A DNA stretch of 64,000 nt from the human T2T-CHM13v2.0 reference genome, Homo sapiens. The stretch lies in the NCBI RefSeq assembly GCF_009914755.1, contig NC_060941.1; one strand, 5' to 3'. Below, piece after piece: positions 16,293 through 34,728 of this stretch. Under the pieces are notes generated by a model. The model ran no database searches. It saw only the letters and a list, made by a program, of their open reading frames with translations, and was not told the origin of the DNA. Position 1 is the stretch's first letter. The number at the start of each line of letters is the position of its first letter. The position numbers and the translations under genes were made by a program.

Positions 16293-18887
16293 TAATTTTT
16301 GTATATATATATATATATATATTTTTTTTTAGTAGCAATGGGGTTTCACCATGTTGGCTAGATTGGTCTCGAACTCCTGACCTCAGGTGATCTGCCTGCC
16401 TCAGCCTCCCAAAGTGCTGGGATTACATAAGGGGTGAGCCACCCCACCTGGCCCAAAAGTCTTTATATCACCAATGTGGGGGCAGGTGGATTCAGGCCGT
16501 TACCTTTGAGGTTCCAGAATCGGGACCCGAGCCGCGGCCCCTGGATCTTAGGCCAAGACTCAGGTCACTGAATTTCTGATCTGGAAGGAACCAGGGAGGT
16601 CCCCTCCAGCACTGGCAAACTGTTCTCTAGGCCCCATCCCCACTTAGCCAGAGCTGCTGCCTGTGTTCTGCTCCATGGGTTAGGGCGTCCCTGAAAAGTT
16701 TCCTTTGAAGAGAGTTTTGCTGCTCAAAAGTCAGAAAGCCTTAGACCTCATTTTATAGACATGAAAGAAAACCGAAGCCCAAAGAATTCAGGGACTGTGC
16801 CCAAGGTCACACAGCTAGCTGGCCAGGCCCCTTCCATACTCCTGCCACAATCCTACGCTGACCCCTGGCCCTAGGGTCAGGACTCCGAGCCATGGATAGG
16901 GTGAGGGAAAGGTCAGTGTGTGCCAGCTTGACCCTCGCAGGGGCCCATCCCTGCCTGGGGCTGCCCTGGGGCGGCTCTGCCTTGGTGGACCGTGCTGGGG
17001 CAGGGGCGAGGGAGTGGACTCTGGGCCAGTTTGTACAGACCTGCTCTGAGAAGAGAAGCCAGCCTAGGGAGGCTGGGGCTTCCTCTGTCCAAAAGGTAAT
17101 TAATGAGGAGCAGCTTGGGCAGCCAGCCCTCATTGTAGCCCTGCAATGCAGCCTTCGAAGACAGCCCCACCAGGAGAGCGTGGGAAACCTTTGTCATGCA
17201 GATCCTGCTGCCTGTTTGTTTGCCACCCTGGGATTTTTCTTTCCTGTTATATATGGCTGACCCTGTGGCTAAGCAGTAAAAAAAGCAAAAGCAAAAGAAA
17301 GTTATCTGACAATAGATCAATACCTAATTAAAGCCAGAGGGAAGGCATGAAAGATTTATAGTTGCCCTGGAAGGGGAGGAGGACTTGGGAGTCCTCAGTT
17401 CATGACAGGTTTTTTTTGTTTTTGTTTTTGTTTTTGAGAGATTACATCCCCCTTGAGACCAAGAATTGGTTGTGGGGACTCTCTTTCTTGAAGGAGCTCA
17501 GTGAGTAGGGGAGGCCTTGATGGAGGTGGGGGCAGGGGAGGTGGAGGAGTTTATCAGGGGGCTCTGCTGCCAGGTCCTTGGGTGCTCTGGTTGCTGGGCT
17601 GGGCCCAGCCTCCTCCTAAGTCCGTGGATCTTGCACCCTATACAGCCTGCAGAATTTGGCTTTCTGCCTGTCCCTCCTTTCTCCAGCAGCTAATTGGCTC
17701 TTGAGCCCCTGGGCATTTTCCAGTGGTAATTTCTGCACACTCACCCAGGCCAGCCACCTCTCATCCTCTGAGCCCTGGGCTCTACCTCCTAGTTATTTTT
17801 AGTCTCCCATGTCCTCCCTTGGAAGACAAAGCATTGATCACACTTAAATGAGACCAGAACAATAAATTTCCCCTCTTTTCTTTGCTCAGCTTCCCTCCCA
17901 GGACAAAAGTTTGTCATCCCCCAGACCAAGCCTCGCATACCCTTCCTTTCCCCCAGAGGGTATGACATCATCTCTCTCTCTTCCCCATGACTTTTCAAGG
18001 ACATGTTTCCTCCAAAGGAGCCCCACTGGAGAGATGCTGTTGGCCTTTTGTGATTTAGCTGGGCTGGAGGAAGGGTGGACGTAACCCTAAGCAGTTTTCT
18101 AGATGCTGTTGAACAGAGGGAGAGATGGAAGAAGGTGGAGGTTAACCTCTGGGCCAGTTTGGGGCGTGGCTGCTAGAGAGGCCAAGAGTGCAGGCTTTGG
18201 TCAAGAACACGGGTGGGTTTTGCATCAGGCAGACCCAGATGCAAATCCTGGTTCCGGCACTTCCTACCAGGAGACTCTGGGCTTAGTCTCCTCATCTCAG
18301 GAATGAGGCTACTGGCGCCTGCCTCAGAGGGCTGTCTTGAGGATTGAAGGGAAGAAAGTCTGTAAAATGTTTGCTTGGTATCCGTGTCACCTAGGTGGCA
18401 GCTGTTTCTTCAATAACTACTGCTACTATTTTTGTTATGGTTCCAGAACCCTGACATAGCACCATGTCAGGCAGACATTGGATTGAGAGGCAGATAATCC
18501 AGGTAGAAGTCTGAATTTTACTTTGGGCAGGACACTTCCCTCTTTGAGTCAAAGAATCAAATGGTTCTTTCAGCCAGAAATTAATCCTCTAAGAAATGCA
18601 CTGGAGGCAGGGCTCTGTGGCTCACACCTGTAACCCCAGAACTTTGGAAGGCTGAGGCAAGAGGATTGCTTGAGTCCAGGAATTTGAGACCAGCCTGGGC
18701 AACATAGTAAGACTCTGTCTCTACTAAGAAAAATACAAAAATTAGCTGGGCATTGTGGCGCACGACTGTAGTTCCAGCTACTTGGGAAGCTGGGGCAGGA
18801 GGATCACTTGAGCCCGGGGGTCAAGGCTGTAGTGAGCTGATCGTGCCACTGCACTCCAGCCTAAGTGACAGAGTTAGACCTTGTCTC

Positions 18888-18960
18888 AAAAAGAAAGAAA
18901 GAAAGAAAAGGAAAGGAAGGAAGGGAGGGAGGGAGGGAGAGGGAGGGGAGGGGAGGGGAA
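18888..18960 (+). repeat. Pure purine tract (AAAG, AAGG, AGGG units) derived from an Alu tail
   Basis: 73 nt without a pyrimidine. Confidence 0.9.
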
Positions 18961-19110
18961 TCTCCCTGGCAACATGGACTCAAAGGAGGAAGAGGTGGAG
19001 CGTCTTGCTCTGGAGTCTTAGCACGGAGCCTGCAGAATCCAAGGCCTGGGGCTGGGTTGGGTGAGCCGAGTCCCGCACTCCTGAGAATTCTCGCTGTCTT
19101 TCTGTACTAG

Positions 19111-19211
19111 GGTCCTTGGCAGTGTCTGTGGCTGACATGACCGCTCCAGTCGTGGGCTCTTCTGGAGGGGTGTATGCTCTCGTCTCTGCCCATCTGGCCA
19201 ACATTGTCATG
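19111..19211 (+). CDS. RHBDL3: RHBDL3 coding exon with the catalytic GxSG serine ([33 protein letters not shown], 101 nt)
   Basis: tctgtactAG acceptor and ATG|GTGAGC donor. GSSGG at 19155-19169, with the catalytic Ser codon at 19161-19163. Too short for the ORF track; read by hand. Confidence 0.96.
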
Positions 19212-19487
19212 GTGAGCACCTCCCGTTCTCAATGTGTCTTTCTGGCCCTGTCCTCTGCCATCACTGGGCCTGAGTATTAATCCACTGGGGCTGGCTCACC
19301 AAAAACCAGGCAGACCTGACCTGGAGCAGAGTTCTCACACACTCCTCACCCTCTGCAGGCCCATTTCAAATGAGCGCCTTCCAGATGCGATTCCTATTTT
19401 CTCCAGTCACGGCTTGGCCTAGGACCATGCCCATCTGCCCCTTCTGCCTCTTTCCCATTCACCAACGTTAAAGAGTTAACATTTGGT

Positions 19488-19752
<265 letters not shown>

Positions 19753-19974
19753 TTAAAAATACAAGGGCTTTAGAGATTATCTCATCAAAATTCTCAAATA
19801 GGAAAGGAGGCTGTGAGAGGTTAAGTGACTTGTCCAAAGTCACAGTCAAGTTTGTGGCAAAATGAGGGCTTAAACCCGTATCTCCTGACAACCATTCAAG
19901 AGTCATTTCCCGGCCAGGCACAGTGGCTCATGCCTGTAATCCCAGCACTTTGGGAGGCCAAGGCAGGCGGATCA

Positions 19975-20253
<279 letters not shown>

Positions 20254-20380
20254 TCACCCTCTGCCTTTTCCTGAAAGGTAGTACAGTGTGATAGTGAAGA
20301 ACATGGTCTTTGGAGCCAGTCAGCCTAGGTCTAAATCCCTGCTACACTCTGGGCAAATTACTTAACTGCTTTGCACCTCA

Positions 20381-20818
<438 letters not shown>

Positions 20819-22522
20819 CTAGACAAAGCCTTGAAGGCCAGAAATTGGGATCTGATAGTCTTAGAGGATATCAAAATCCTTTTTTTGGAGGCGGTCTGAA
20901 GTCTGAAGGCTGATGGAGGAGTCAGTGGCTAACCCTGCCCGATCCCTCTGCTGGCCTGGGAGCCTCCGGGTCTTACTTGTCTATTTCCCAGTACCTGGCA
21001 TATGGCTGGGAGCATGGTAGATGGTGCCCACTAGATTTTAGTGAATGAAGGAAGGAAGGCATAGCTTTTCTTTGGGGTCCTCCTGTTCTCACCCACTCCT
21101 CCATCAGTGTCTTCGCCCACGTGGCAGATGTTTGAATGCTCAATGATCACAGTGCACAGGGCTTGGCGTTCCTGAATTATCCCATGTTTTTCTTCCTTAT
21201 CAATCTCTCTGTCACCCACCCTGCTCCCAACCCTGTCCCTTTTGTTCTCATCAAAATGCCCATTGTACATTGAGCAAGAGAAGAAAGAGCACAAGAGGGA
21301 GGGGAAAAGAAAGGAAGAGAGGGGGAGAGATAGACAGACACTGAGTACCTGCCTATACTTGCTACTGGCCTGAATTTTGGCACCTTCAGGTGAGTGCTCA
21401 GAGAGAGGCTGCGGGTGTTGGGAAACGTGGAACGGTGAGCCTCTCAGTGTGTGTGTGCAGGTGTGTTTGCACATGCACACACTTCAGTTTGTTGAAAACC
21501 TGAGTGCATGGGCTGCCTCCCATGGCCCTTTTAAATGGGTCATTCTGTATCAGTGCCACATCTTTCCCCAGACACAGCTTTTCCTCTGAATTCTGCCTCC
21601 TCCACTCCCCCCTCCCCCTGCCCCAATTCCTTTCAGTAGGGGAAGGAAATGCTAACCTCCTCCCTCCCATTCCGCCCAAGACTTGTATGTGTGTAGGGGT
21701 GGTGAACAAGCTCAACTGAAAGAGAACACAGGGAGGAAGAAGCACGCTGGCATTCATAACGATGCCCTGTTCCCACCCTCTTCCCCACCTCATGGGAAAC
21801 AGCCCTGATGGCCCAGAAGTTCCCATGGTGAAGGCAGACCACTGAAGGACCATGGAGTAGGGCACGTTTGTCGAGAGAGGTGTGAGAGCAGTTTTGTTCC
21901 AGTTGATGCTTCTCTCTGTCAAGTAGCCCATGGCCTGCCGCTGTGGAGATGAGCAGCCTCATCTGAGAGCCCCGTGCCTTCCAGAAGCAAACGGCTTTCC
22001 TTGGCCAACTGGGAGCTGTGCAGTCCCCAGAGCATGACACATGGGGAGCCCTTCTCCAGGAGGTTGTGTGGGTTGGGCGCGCTGGCTCACACCTGTAATC
22101 CCAGCACTTTGGGAGGTCAACACAGGCAGATCACTTAAGCCCAGGAGTTCAAGACCAGCCTGGGCAACATCTCTACCCACCTCTACCAAAAATACAAAAA
22201 ATTATCCTGGTGTGGTGTCATGCACCTGTGGTTCCAGCTACTCTGGAGGCTGAGGTGAGATCACCTGTGGTTCCAGCTACTCTGGAGGCTGGCTGAGATC
22301 ACCTGAGCCAGAGAGGCAGCGGGCAGTGAGCTGAGATTGCATCACTGCACTCCAGCCAGGGCAACAGAGTGAAGCCCTGTCTCAAAAAAAAGAAAGAAAG
22401 AAAGTTATGTGGTGTTTATTGACGATGAAAGAAAACTCATCGTCTCATTAAAAAGGCTGGTTTCTCTTTGTCAAGAGGCTACCTTTACTCAAATTAGTTC
22501 AGTGCTAAGCAGTTCAGAGATG

Positions 22523-22910
<388 letters not shown>

Positions 22911-22934
22911 GATATACTATTGTTTTCAGCTTCA

Positions 22935-23868
<934 letters not shown>

Positions 23869-24318
23869 TAATTTATTAATTGCCTCCTGCTGGCCAGAGT
23901 TCCATTTTTTAATCTACAAGATATTTACTTACACTTCGCTCTGTATGATTGATGTTTTCCCAAAATGTTTGAGGTCTGAATTTTCACAAACTGAACCACA
24001 TTGTCAAAGCACAAGGGAAGATGGTTGCCTAACAGACACTAAAGATTTCTGTTATAAAGTTTACTTTATTGGCCGGGCGTGGTGGCTCATGCCTGTAATC
24101 CCTGCACTTTGGGAGGCCGAGGTGGGCAGATCACGAGGTCAGGAGATCAAGACCATCCTGGCTAATACGTGAAACCCCATATCTACTAAAAAATACAAAA
24201 AACTGGCTGGTGCGGTGGCTCATGCCTGTAATCTCAGCACTTTGGGAGGCTGAGGCAGGCGGATCACAAGGTCAGGAGTTCGAGACCAGCCTGGCCAATA
24301 TGGTGAAACCCCATCTCA

Positions 24319-24505
<187 letters not shown>

Positions 24506-26277
24506 TTAGCCAGGCGTGGTGGCGGGCACCTGTGGTCCCAGCTACTCAGGATGCTGAGGCAGGAGAATGGCTTGAAACTGGGAGGCAGAGCTTGCAGTGA
24601 GCCGAGATCACACCACTGCACTTCAGCCTGGGCGACAGAGTCAGGCTCCATCTCAAAAAAAAAAAAAAAAAAAAGGTTTACTTTATTAAGGAAAAATATT
24701 TTTGTAGGACAAAGAATCAACTCCCTAATTTATCTGCGTCATACTTTCACATTCCCTGTGTTGGGTTTTCTTGAAGTCATTTCACAAGAAACCGTTTCTA
24801 CCAGGGATAGATATAGAAAGCTGTATTGGAATGGAAGCTCCCTGCCTGGCTTTCAGCCTCTGCACTCTTAACCCGTTTGGGTGAGCAAGATGCTGAGGGG
24901 ACTGGTTACCAACTTGTTCGCTGTGGGTGAGTACTATCTCACTCTTTGAGGCTCTGGGAGAATGAAATTAAAGGGCCTGCAAAAGGTTTGTATTCCCCAA
25001 AGATCTGCAGGCTTTCCAGCTTTTATAGCAGCAGCAGTGCTGGCTGCATGTGAGATTTTTTTTCTTCTCTCCCGTTGTTTCAGTGCACTGATTTTATTGG
25101 CGGGAATATTGGATTAGGGAAGTAAGGCAGCTGGTTGGAAGCGGGGACTCTCTAGTTTAACCCCTCGGCTGCTGGGAGGCAGGTCATATTTACTGGCGTT
25201 TTTTCGCTCCATTTGTGGGCAGCTGGGACAGACGGCCCAGGCACATGGAATGTGACCTCTGAAGTGTGGGTGGACAGAGCCCTGGACCAGGAGCCCAGTC
25301 AGCTCACCATTCACTCACTGTGACCTTGAACCAGCCCTCCTGAATCCTCAGTTTCTTCTTCCCTAAAGTGTGCGGCAGAGGGATGGACTGGATCAGCTTG
25401 GCAAGCTCCAGGGCTTTCAGGGTCCAGGCAGATGTTGTAAACTCATAAAGCGGGCCTGGGAGGTGCTGTGGCAAAACTGGAGTCATTCAGATTCAGATTT
25501 TTTCAAGCCACTCTGCAGGGCAAACTCCCCGTCTTTGTCTCAGGTCAAGATACTGTCACACATTTAGATGATGCCTACTGTGTGCCAGGCAGTGGTCTTA
25601 GTGCTTTACATATATTAATTCATTTCATTCTCACAACCACCTGATGAGGTGGGGAACTGAGATAAGGGGCAGTTGTTATCTCAAATTCACAAATGAAAAT
25701 GACAGAGAAGAAGGAATTCTGAGCCACCCCACTGATGGCCAACCAGGCCAAAAATAAGGATGGCGCATTTAACATCTATCCCAGATAGGGCCCAGGAGGG
25801 GCATGGAGGCTGGAGACCTCAGATAAAGGAGAGAGCTGTCCATACATTCTAACTTACTTTGCCTGATATTATCACTCAGGACATAGTGAAAGAGACACTG
25901 TCTTCAGATAAGATATTCACTTAGGCCAGGCTTGGTGGCTCACGCCCTACAATCCCAGCACTTTGGGAGGCCGAGGAAGGTGAATTGCTCGAGCCCAGGA
26001 GTTCTGAACCAGCCTGGGCAACATAGGGAGACCCCATCTCTACAAAAATTTAAAAATTAGCCGGGTGTGGTACAGTGTGCCTACAGTCCCAGCTAGTTGG
26101 GAGGCTGAGGTGGGAGGATCACTTGAGCCCAGAAGGTCAAGGCTGCAGTGAGTCGTGATCATGCCACTTCACTCCAGCCTGGGCAATAGAGTAAGACCCT
26201 GTCTCAAAAGGAAAAAAAAGAAAAATAATAAGATATTTACTCAGAGGGGGCCGAGCACAAATGGCTCATGCCTGTAA

Positions 26278-26754
<477 letters not shown>

Positions 26755-26849
26755 TAGAGGCAGGGTTTCGCCATGTTGCCCATGCTGGTCTCGAACTCTC
26801 AGGCTCAAGCATTCCTCCTGCCTTGGCCTCTCCCAAAGCACTGGGATTA

Positions 26850-28145
<1,296 letters not shown>

Positions 28146-30002
28146 GCTTTTTTTTATTTTTATTTTTTTTGAGACGGAGTCTGGCTCAAGTAATCCACCC
28201 GCCTCAGCCTCCCAAAGTGCTGGGATTACAGGCATGAGCCACCGCGCCCAGCCGGGTATCACCTTTAAGGGAGAATTGAAATCCATGGAGGGGACATTAT
28301 AGGGAAGGAAAGCCTGGCAAACAACAGCAAGAAGAACCGTTAGGGGTGAGAGCCCTTCCCAGGGCTCCCAGGGAGACAGGGAGCACCCCATCACGTGGGC
28401 TGGAGGGCCATCTTGTTGGCTACTTGGCAGTGGGTGTCCGCCTTTGGGAAGAGATGTCCCATTAGATGATTCCCAAGTTTCCTCCCATCCTAGGGTTTCA
28501 GCTTGAAGAGGGGGCTGCGGTGCCCACCATCTGCTAACTGAGCCAGCTCAGATTGGGTCGCTAGATTCAGGGGAGGGCACTGACTCCTGTTTTCTTCCTC
28601 GTCTCCTGGCAAGGCTCCTCTGTGGGCAGACACCAGCAGATGACACCGATATCCTGCCATCTGCTTCCTAGCATGGAACATGTCGGCAAGCGAAGACAGG
28701 CTTTCCACCTAAAGCGGGACCGCAGGTGGCCCACACTTCACTTTCTGTGAAGAAGGGGTTGCTGGTCAGTGAGGAAGGATGGGGAGAAGGGAGGAGGTGG
28801 GCAAGAACTGAAGGCTGTGAGGATTTCCCCCTCTTTGGCATGTGCTCTGTGTCCTGCTTGCTTGACTGAAGTGTTCATAGATGTTAGTGTCCATGCCAGT
28901 GTTCAGGGCCTCTGTAAAGTTACACGGATGTTCCTGCAACCTCAAAGAAGTGCCACACGTGCCCCCGAGCTGGGCCTGGGCCAGGCAGCAAAGGCAGATT
29001 GGGTGGTGGGAGGAAACCAAAGTCCCCTGGTTGTGCCCTCCTTCCCTGGGGCTTATGTGTTCCAGGAAGATTCCGGGCTTATTTCTGTGCACGCGCACCT
29101 CTGTATAAATGGAATAGTGCTTTGAATGCACTGCAGGAGTGCCTCTCAAAGGAATCCTGTGGTGAAGTCTTTTGTAAAGTGAAAAGTCCTTTTGTAAAGC
29201 GAATAATTGTACTGTTTATCTGCTTTGGAGGTTCCGAGTTTTCCAAGATTCTCAGGGGAGAGAGGGAGTTGTTTGAAGGCCACCTGGCCCACCCCCTCTC
29301 CAGTATCTGATTCTCCTCTGGAGCATCCTTTCCGAGTGATGTGAAACCCCCGATGGTTGGGAAACTCACGAAGCCTGCAAGACGGACCATTCTATCTCTG
29401 GAGAGCTCTGCTTACTAGAAATGGAAACTTACTCTGAGCTAAAAAGTCTCTCTCTGAAGTTTTCATCCATTGCATCTTCTGCTTGCAGGTTACACTGAAT
29501 TGAATGTGCCCTTTCCTTGTGTTGACTCATTTGATATTTGACAACAATGAACTTGACCCCTCAGTCCCCTCTTTTTTGAGCTAAAAGATCCTGGCTTCCC
29601 CATTCATTCCTCATTTGCAGGATTTTGAGCTCTTTTATCATCCTGGTGGTTCTGTCTTGACTTTGCTTGGTTGGCTGTCCTGCATCCTTTGCAACCGTGG
29701 AGCTCAGCAATGAATGCAGCTCTGAGATGTTCTCTGTCCACGTTGAGGAGACAGGGCCTCTCCTCTTCCTAGATCTGGAGTCCCTTCCTCTTGTTAGTCC
29801 AGCTCAAGAACTCTTATGACGGGAGTAAACTTGCTGTTGCCTAAAATCTCAAAGCCATGTGGTGTGTTCTGCTACTAAGCCACAACCCTCTCATTCAGGA
29901 CTTCACGGAGATCCTTATTTTAATGTCAGGTTTTCTTAAGCAAGACACACCGGCAGAAGAGTGGTCTAATCTGGAACTGACTGAGCTCTCCTTTTTCCCT
30001 AG

Positions 30003-30063
30003 AACTGGTCAGGCATGAAGTGCCAGTTCAAGCTGCTGCGGATGGCTGTGGCCCTTATCTGTA
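30003..30063 (+). CDS. RHBDL3: RHBDL3 small coding exon (NWSGMKCQFKLLRMAVALIC, 61 nt)
   Basis: ctttttccctAG acceptor with a ctgac branch-like motif upstream, and TA|GTAAGT donor. The final A plus TG of the next exon forms ATG. Confidence 0.94.
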
Positions 30064-30460
30064 GTAAGTACTGATGGGGCGCTGGGGAACCAAAGCCTGG
30101 CACCAGGGCCTGAGGTTCAAAGATGGCACAGTTCCTGCCCTTCACGGGCTTATGGTCAAGAAAAAAAAAGTGGGACATGTCAATGGTTAGCAAAAAAGTA
30201 GGGATATTGTGAGAGCTGTCTGTCCTGCTGTGCTGCTTCGTAACCATTCATCTTTTATTTATTTATCTATTTTTAAAAATTATATTTTCATCTTTTTTTT
30301 TGAGACAGGGTGTCTCCCTGTGTCATCCAGGCTGCAGTGCAGTGGCACAATCATAGCTCACTGCAGCATCAGACTCCTGCCTGGGCTCCGGTGATCCTCC
30401 CTCTTCAGCCTCCCAAATAGCTGGGACTACACATGTGTGGGTCCATGCCTGGCTGTTTAA

Positions 30461-30968
<508 letters not shown>

Positions 30969-31546
30969 TGACATATAATATGCAAACAGAAAAGTGCTTA
31001 AGGACCAGCACCCAGATCAAGACAAATAACTTCCTAACCTTTTTGGTCATGGAACTGATCCTTTGAGATCCCTTGTTGAAAGTCCAAGACCCTGTCGCCA
31101 GAAAAATACATATATGTGCACTCATGTGCATACACACATATATCAAAAGCTGCAGTTTTAGCAGGTTCGCAAACTGTAACTAGTCCAAGAACCTCTAGGA
31201 ACAAGATGTCTTCAGGGCCCTAGTTGGGAGAGCTCAGTTCTACCTACAGAGGTCATTCTGAGTGTTAGAGGCAAGCAGGTGTCCACCAAGTAAACATGGT
31301 GTAAGAGGACATTTCAGGCAAAGCTGCAGCCTGAACTAACATATAGATGGGTGAAGGGTCATGGCCAGCGAGTTGGTTAGCAAAACCAAGAAATTCGTTT
31401 TGGGATTGTGTGTGATTTTGATCAGAGATAAAGTTAGTGAAATAGTATGAGTCAGATTGTTAAGGGCTTTAAATGCTAAGAAAAGAAAATGTACTTCACT
31501 TTGCGTTCCCTGGGATCCCACTGGAGGGCTTTCAACAAGAGAGTTA

Positions 31547-31840
<294 letters not shown>

Positions 31841-32549
31841 TTAGCCCGGCATGGTGGCTTGCGCCTGTAGTCCTAGCTACTTAGACTGAGGCAGGAAGAT
31901 CTCTTGAGCCTAGGAGTTCAATACCAGCCTGGGCGACAGAGCAAGACCCTGTCTCCACACACACACACACAAAAATTAAAAATTAGCCAGGCATGGTGGC
32001 TTATGCCTATAGTCCTAGCCCAGGAGCTTGAGGCAGCAGTGAGCTATGATCATGCCACTGCACTTCAGCCTGTGTGACAGAGCGAGACCTTGCCTTAAAA
32101 AAAAAAAAAAGAAAAGAAAAGAAAAGGCCAGGCGCAGTGGCTCACGCCTGTACTCCCAGCACTTTGAGAGGCCAAAGCGAGTAGATCACCTGAGGTCAGG
32201 AATTCGAGACCAGCCTGACCAACATGCTGAAACAAAAACAAACAAACAAAAAAACCAATGAGGATAGAAGAGGGAGTGAACGCATTTTCTCATCCAGTCC
32301 TCCAAACCCACCTAGAAAGGGTATTATTATTAGCTTAATTTATAGGTAGAAACTCCAGGCTCAGAGAGTTAGGTTCCTAGCCCAAGGTCACCCAGCTAAG
32401 AAGTGATAGAGCCAGAATTCAGAGCCAGCCTGTGCCATTTCAAATGTCCCACATGTTAGCCAAGCTAGACAGTAAGCACCTGGGCTTTCTCTGGGTCAGC
32501 TACCTGCTGTGTAGGTAAGAGGAAGACTGAGTCTGAACAAACCTGGGAT

Positions 32550-32623
32550 GGAGGGTCAGGTCTGGGAGGGCTCCACTTCAATTCACGGAGGGTCAGGCCT
32601 GGGAAGGCTCCGCTTCAATTCAC
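32550..32623. repeat. 37-bp tandem duplication (2 copies, 3 mismatches)
   Basis: ggagggtcaggYctgggaRggctccRcttcaattcac repeated twice. Confidence 0.9.
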
Positions 32624-32911
32624 GTCCACCTTCCTTACTTCTTACCCCATGGCTTTCAAGAAATCAGGTCTGCCCCTGACCCTCTGTGGGTCTCTCTGGA
32701 TCTGTTTCCTGGATGGGGCTGGAGAATCTCTCATCCCAGGAAGGAACTTCCAGCCTTAAAACCTGAGGACTCCTTGAGTCAGGGTATTAGGGTGCAGTGG
32801 GGTGGCAGTGGGTGTGTCATAGCTTCTGCGTCTGCTTAGGCTCTGAGTTTGTTCGTTTTTGAGGAAGGAAAGAGAAGCACGAGTCTTGTTGTTTAAAAAA
32901 AAAAAAAATCC

Positions 32912-33362
<451 letters not shown>

Positions 33363-34728
33363 TCAGTCCCTGGATGCGCCTTTTCTGCCATCTATCGGCC
33401 ATCCTTGGAGTTGCAGGGCTCAGCCCAGAAGGCTGGGCAACCCCAAGGGAAATGAAGGTCCCTGGAGGTTCTGGCACCCCCTGCAGTGGTTAGGGTGGAG
33501 AGAAGTGCCCTGGCTCATTAACTGGTAGCTAAATAGGTATAAAATTCCCCTCAAAGGGCTTTATTTCAGTGTCAAATTTGCCTTGGTTTTTCTCATCTGT
33601 AAAATGGGAATAAGAATATCTACCCTCAGTGTTCTTTTGGTAGTGGATAATGGGATGGCAGTTTCCTAGCGCCCATCCCCACTTGACTGGCTGACCCAAG
33701 AAGTTCACACAAGAAGCGTGGATTGGTGATCAGGATGAAGGCATCTTAGAATCTGTTACAGGTCTGGGTGTGGTGGCTCATGCCTATAATCCTAGCACTG
33801 TGGGAGGCTGAGGCAGGAAACTCACTTGAGCCCAGGAGTTCAGGCCTGAGCAACATAGTAAGACCTCATCTCTACAAAAAAAAAAATTTTTTTTTTAATT
33901 ACCCAGATGTGGTGGTGGGTGCCTGTAGTCCCAGCTACTTGGGAGGCTGAGATGGATCACCTGAGCCCGGGAGGTTGAGGCTGAAGTGAGCTGTGATGGT
34001 GCCGCTGTACTCCCGCCTAGAGTGAGACCTGTGTCAACAAGAACAACAAAAAGAATCTGTTAAGGGGTCAATTCAGCAGTTTGTTGGGGTCAGGGTTTTC
34101 TTTTTTTGTTTGTTTTTGAGACAGTCTTGCTCTGTCGCCCCAGCTGCAGCGCAGTAGTGCAATCTCAGCTCACTGCAACCTCCACCTCCTGGGTTCAAGC
34201 AATTCTGCCTCAGCCTCCTGAGTAGCTGGGATTACGGGAGCCCACCACCACACCCAGCTAATGTTTGTATTTTTAGTAGAGACTGGGTTTCACCATGTTG
34301 GCCAGGCTGGTCTCGAACTCCTGACCTCAGGTGATCCACCCGCCTCGGCCTCCCAAAGTGCTGAGATTACAGGTGTGAGCCGCCGCACCCGGCCAAATGT
34401 CACCTCTTTAGAGAGGTCTTGCGTGACTCCCCGGGCTAAAGAATTTCCCTCCTTAAAACAGGCATTGCTTTTAATCACCTGTTTCCCCCCATAGATGTCT
34501 CTCTTCCTGAAATTATCTCATGTATGTAATTGCTTACTGGTTTATTGCTAGACCCTGTAAGCTCTGGGAGAACAGAGATTTGCCTGCCTCCTTCACTACT
34601 GTGTCCCCAGTGCAGAGAATGGTGCTTGGCCTAATAGGGAATGAATTCATGGGTGGGTGATGAAGTGAAGGCCCTCAGCCCCTGCTCAGGGCCCTCCTGT
34701 GACATCTCTCTGCTTCCTCCCCTTGCAG

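Noticed and set aside
18385-18404. CTCF-like CACCTAGGTGGCAG
   Set aside because: The 5' half of the core mismatches the consensus; not supportable without ChIP data.
31030-31200. Possible old hAT/MER DNA-transposon fragment (similar text near 38610-38690)
   Set aside because: Too degenerate to assign a family or boundaries by eye.
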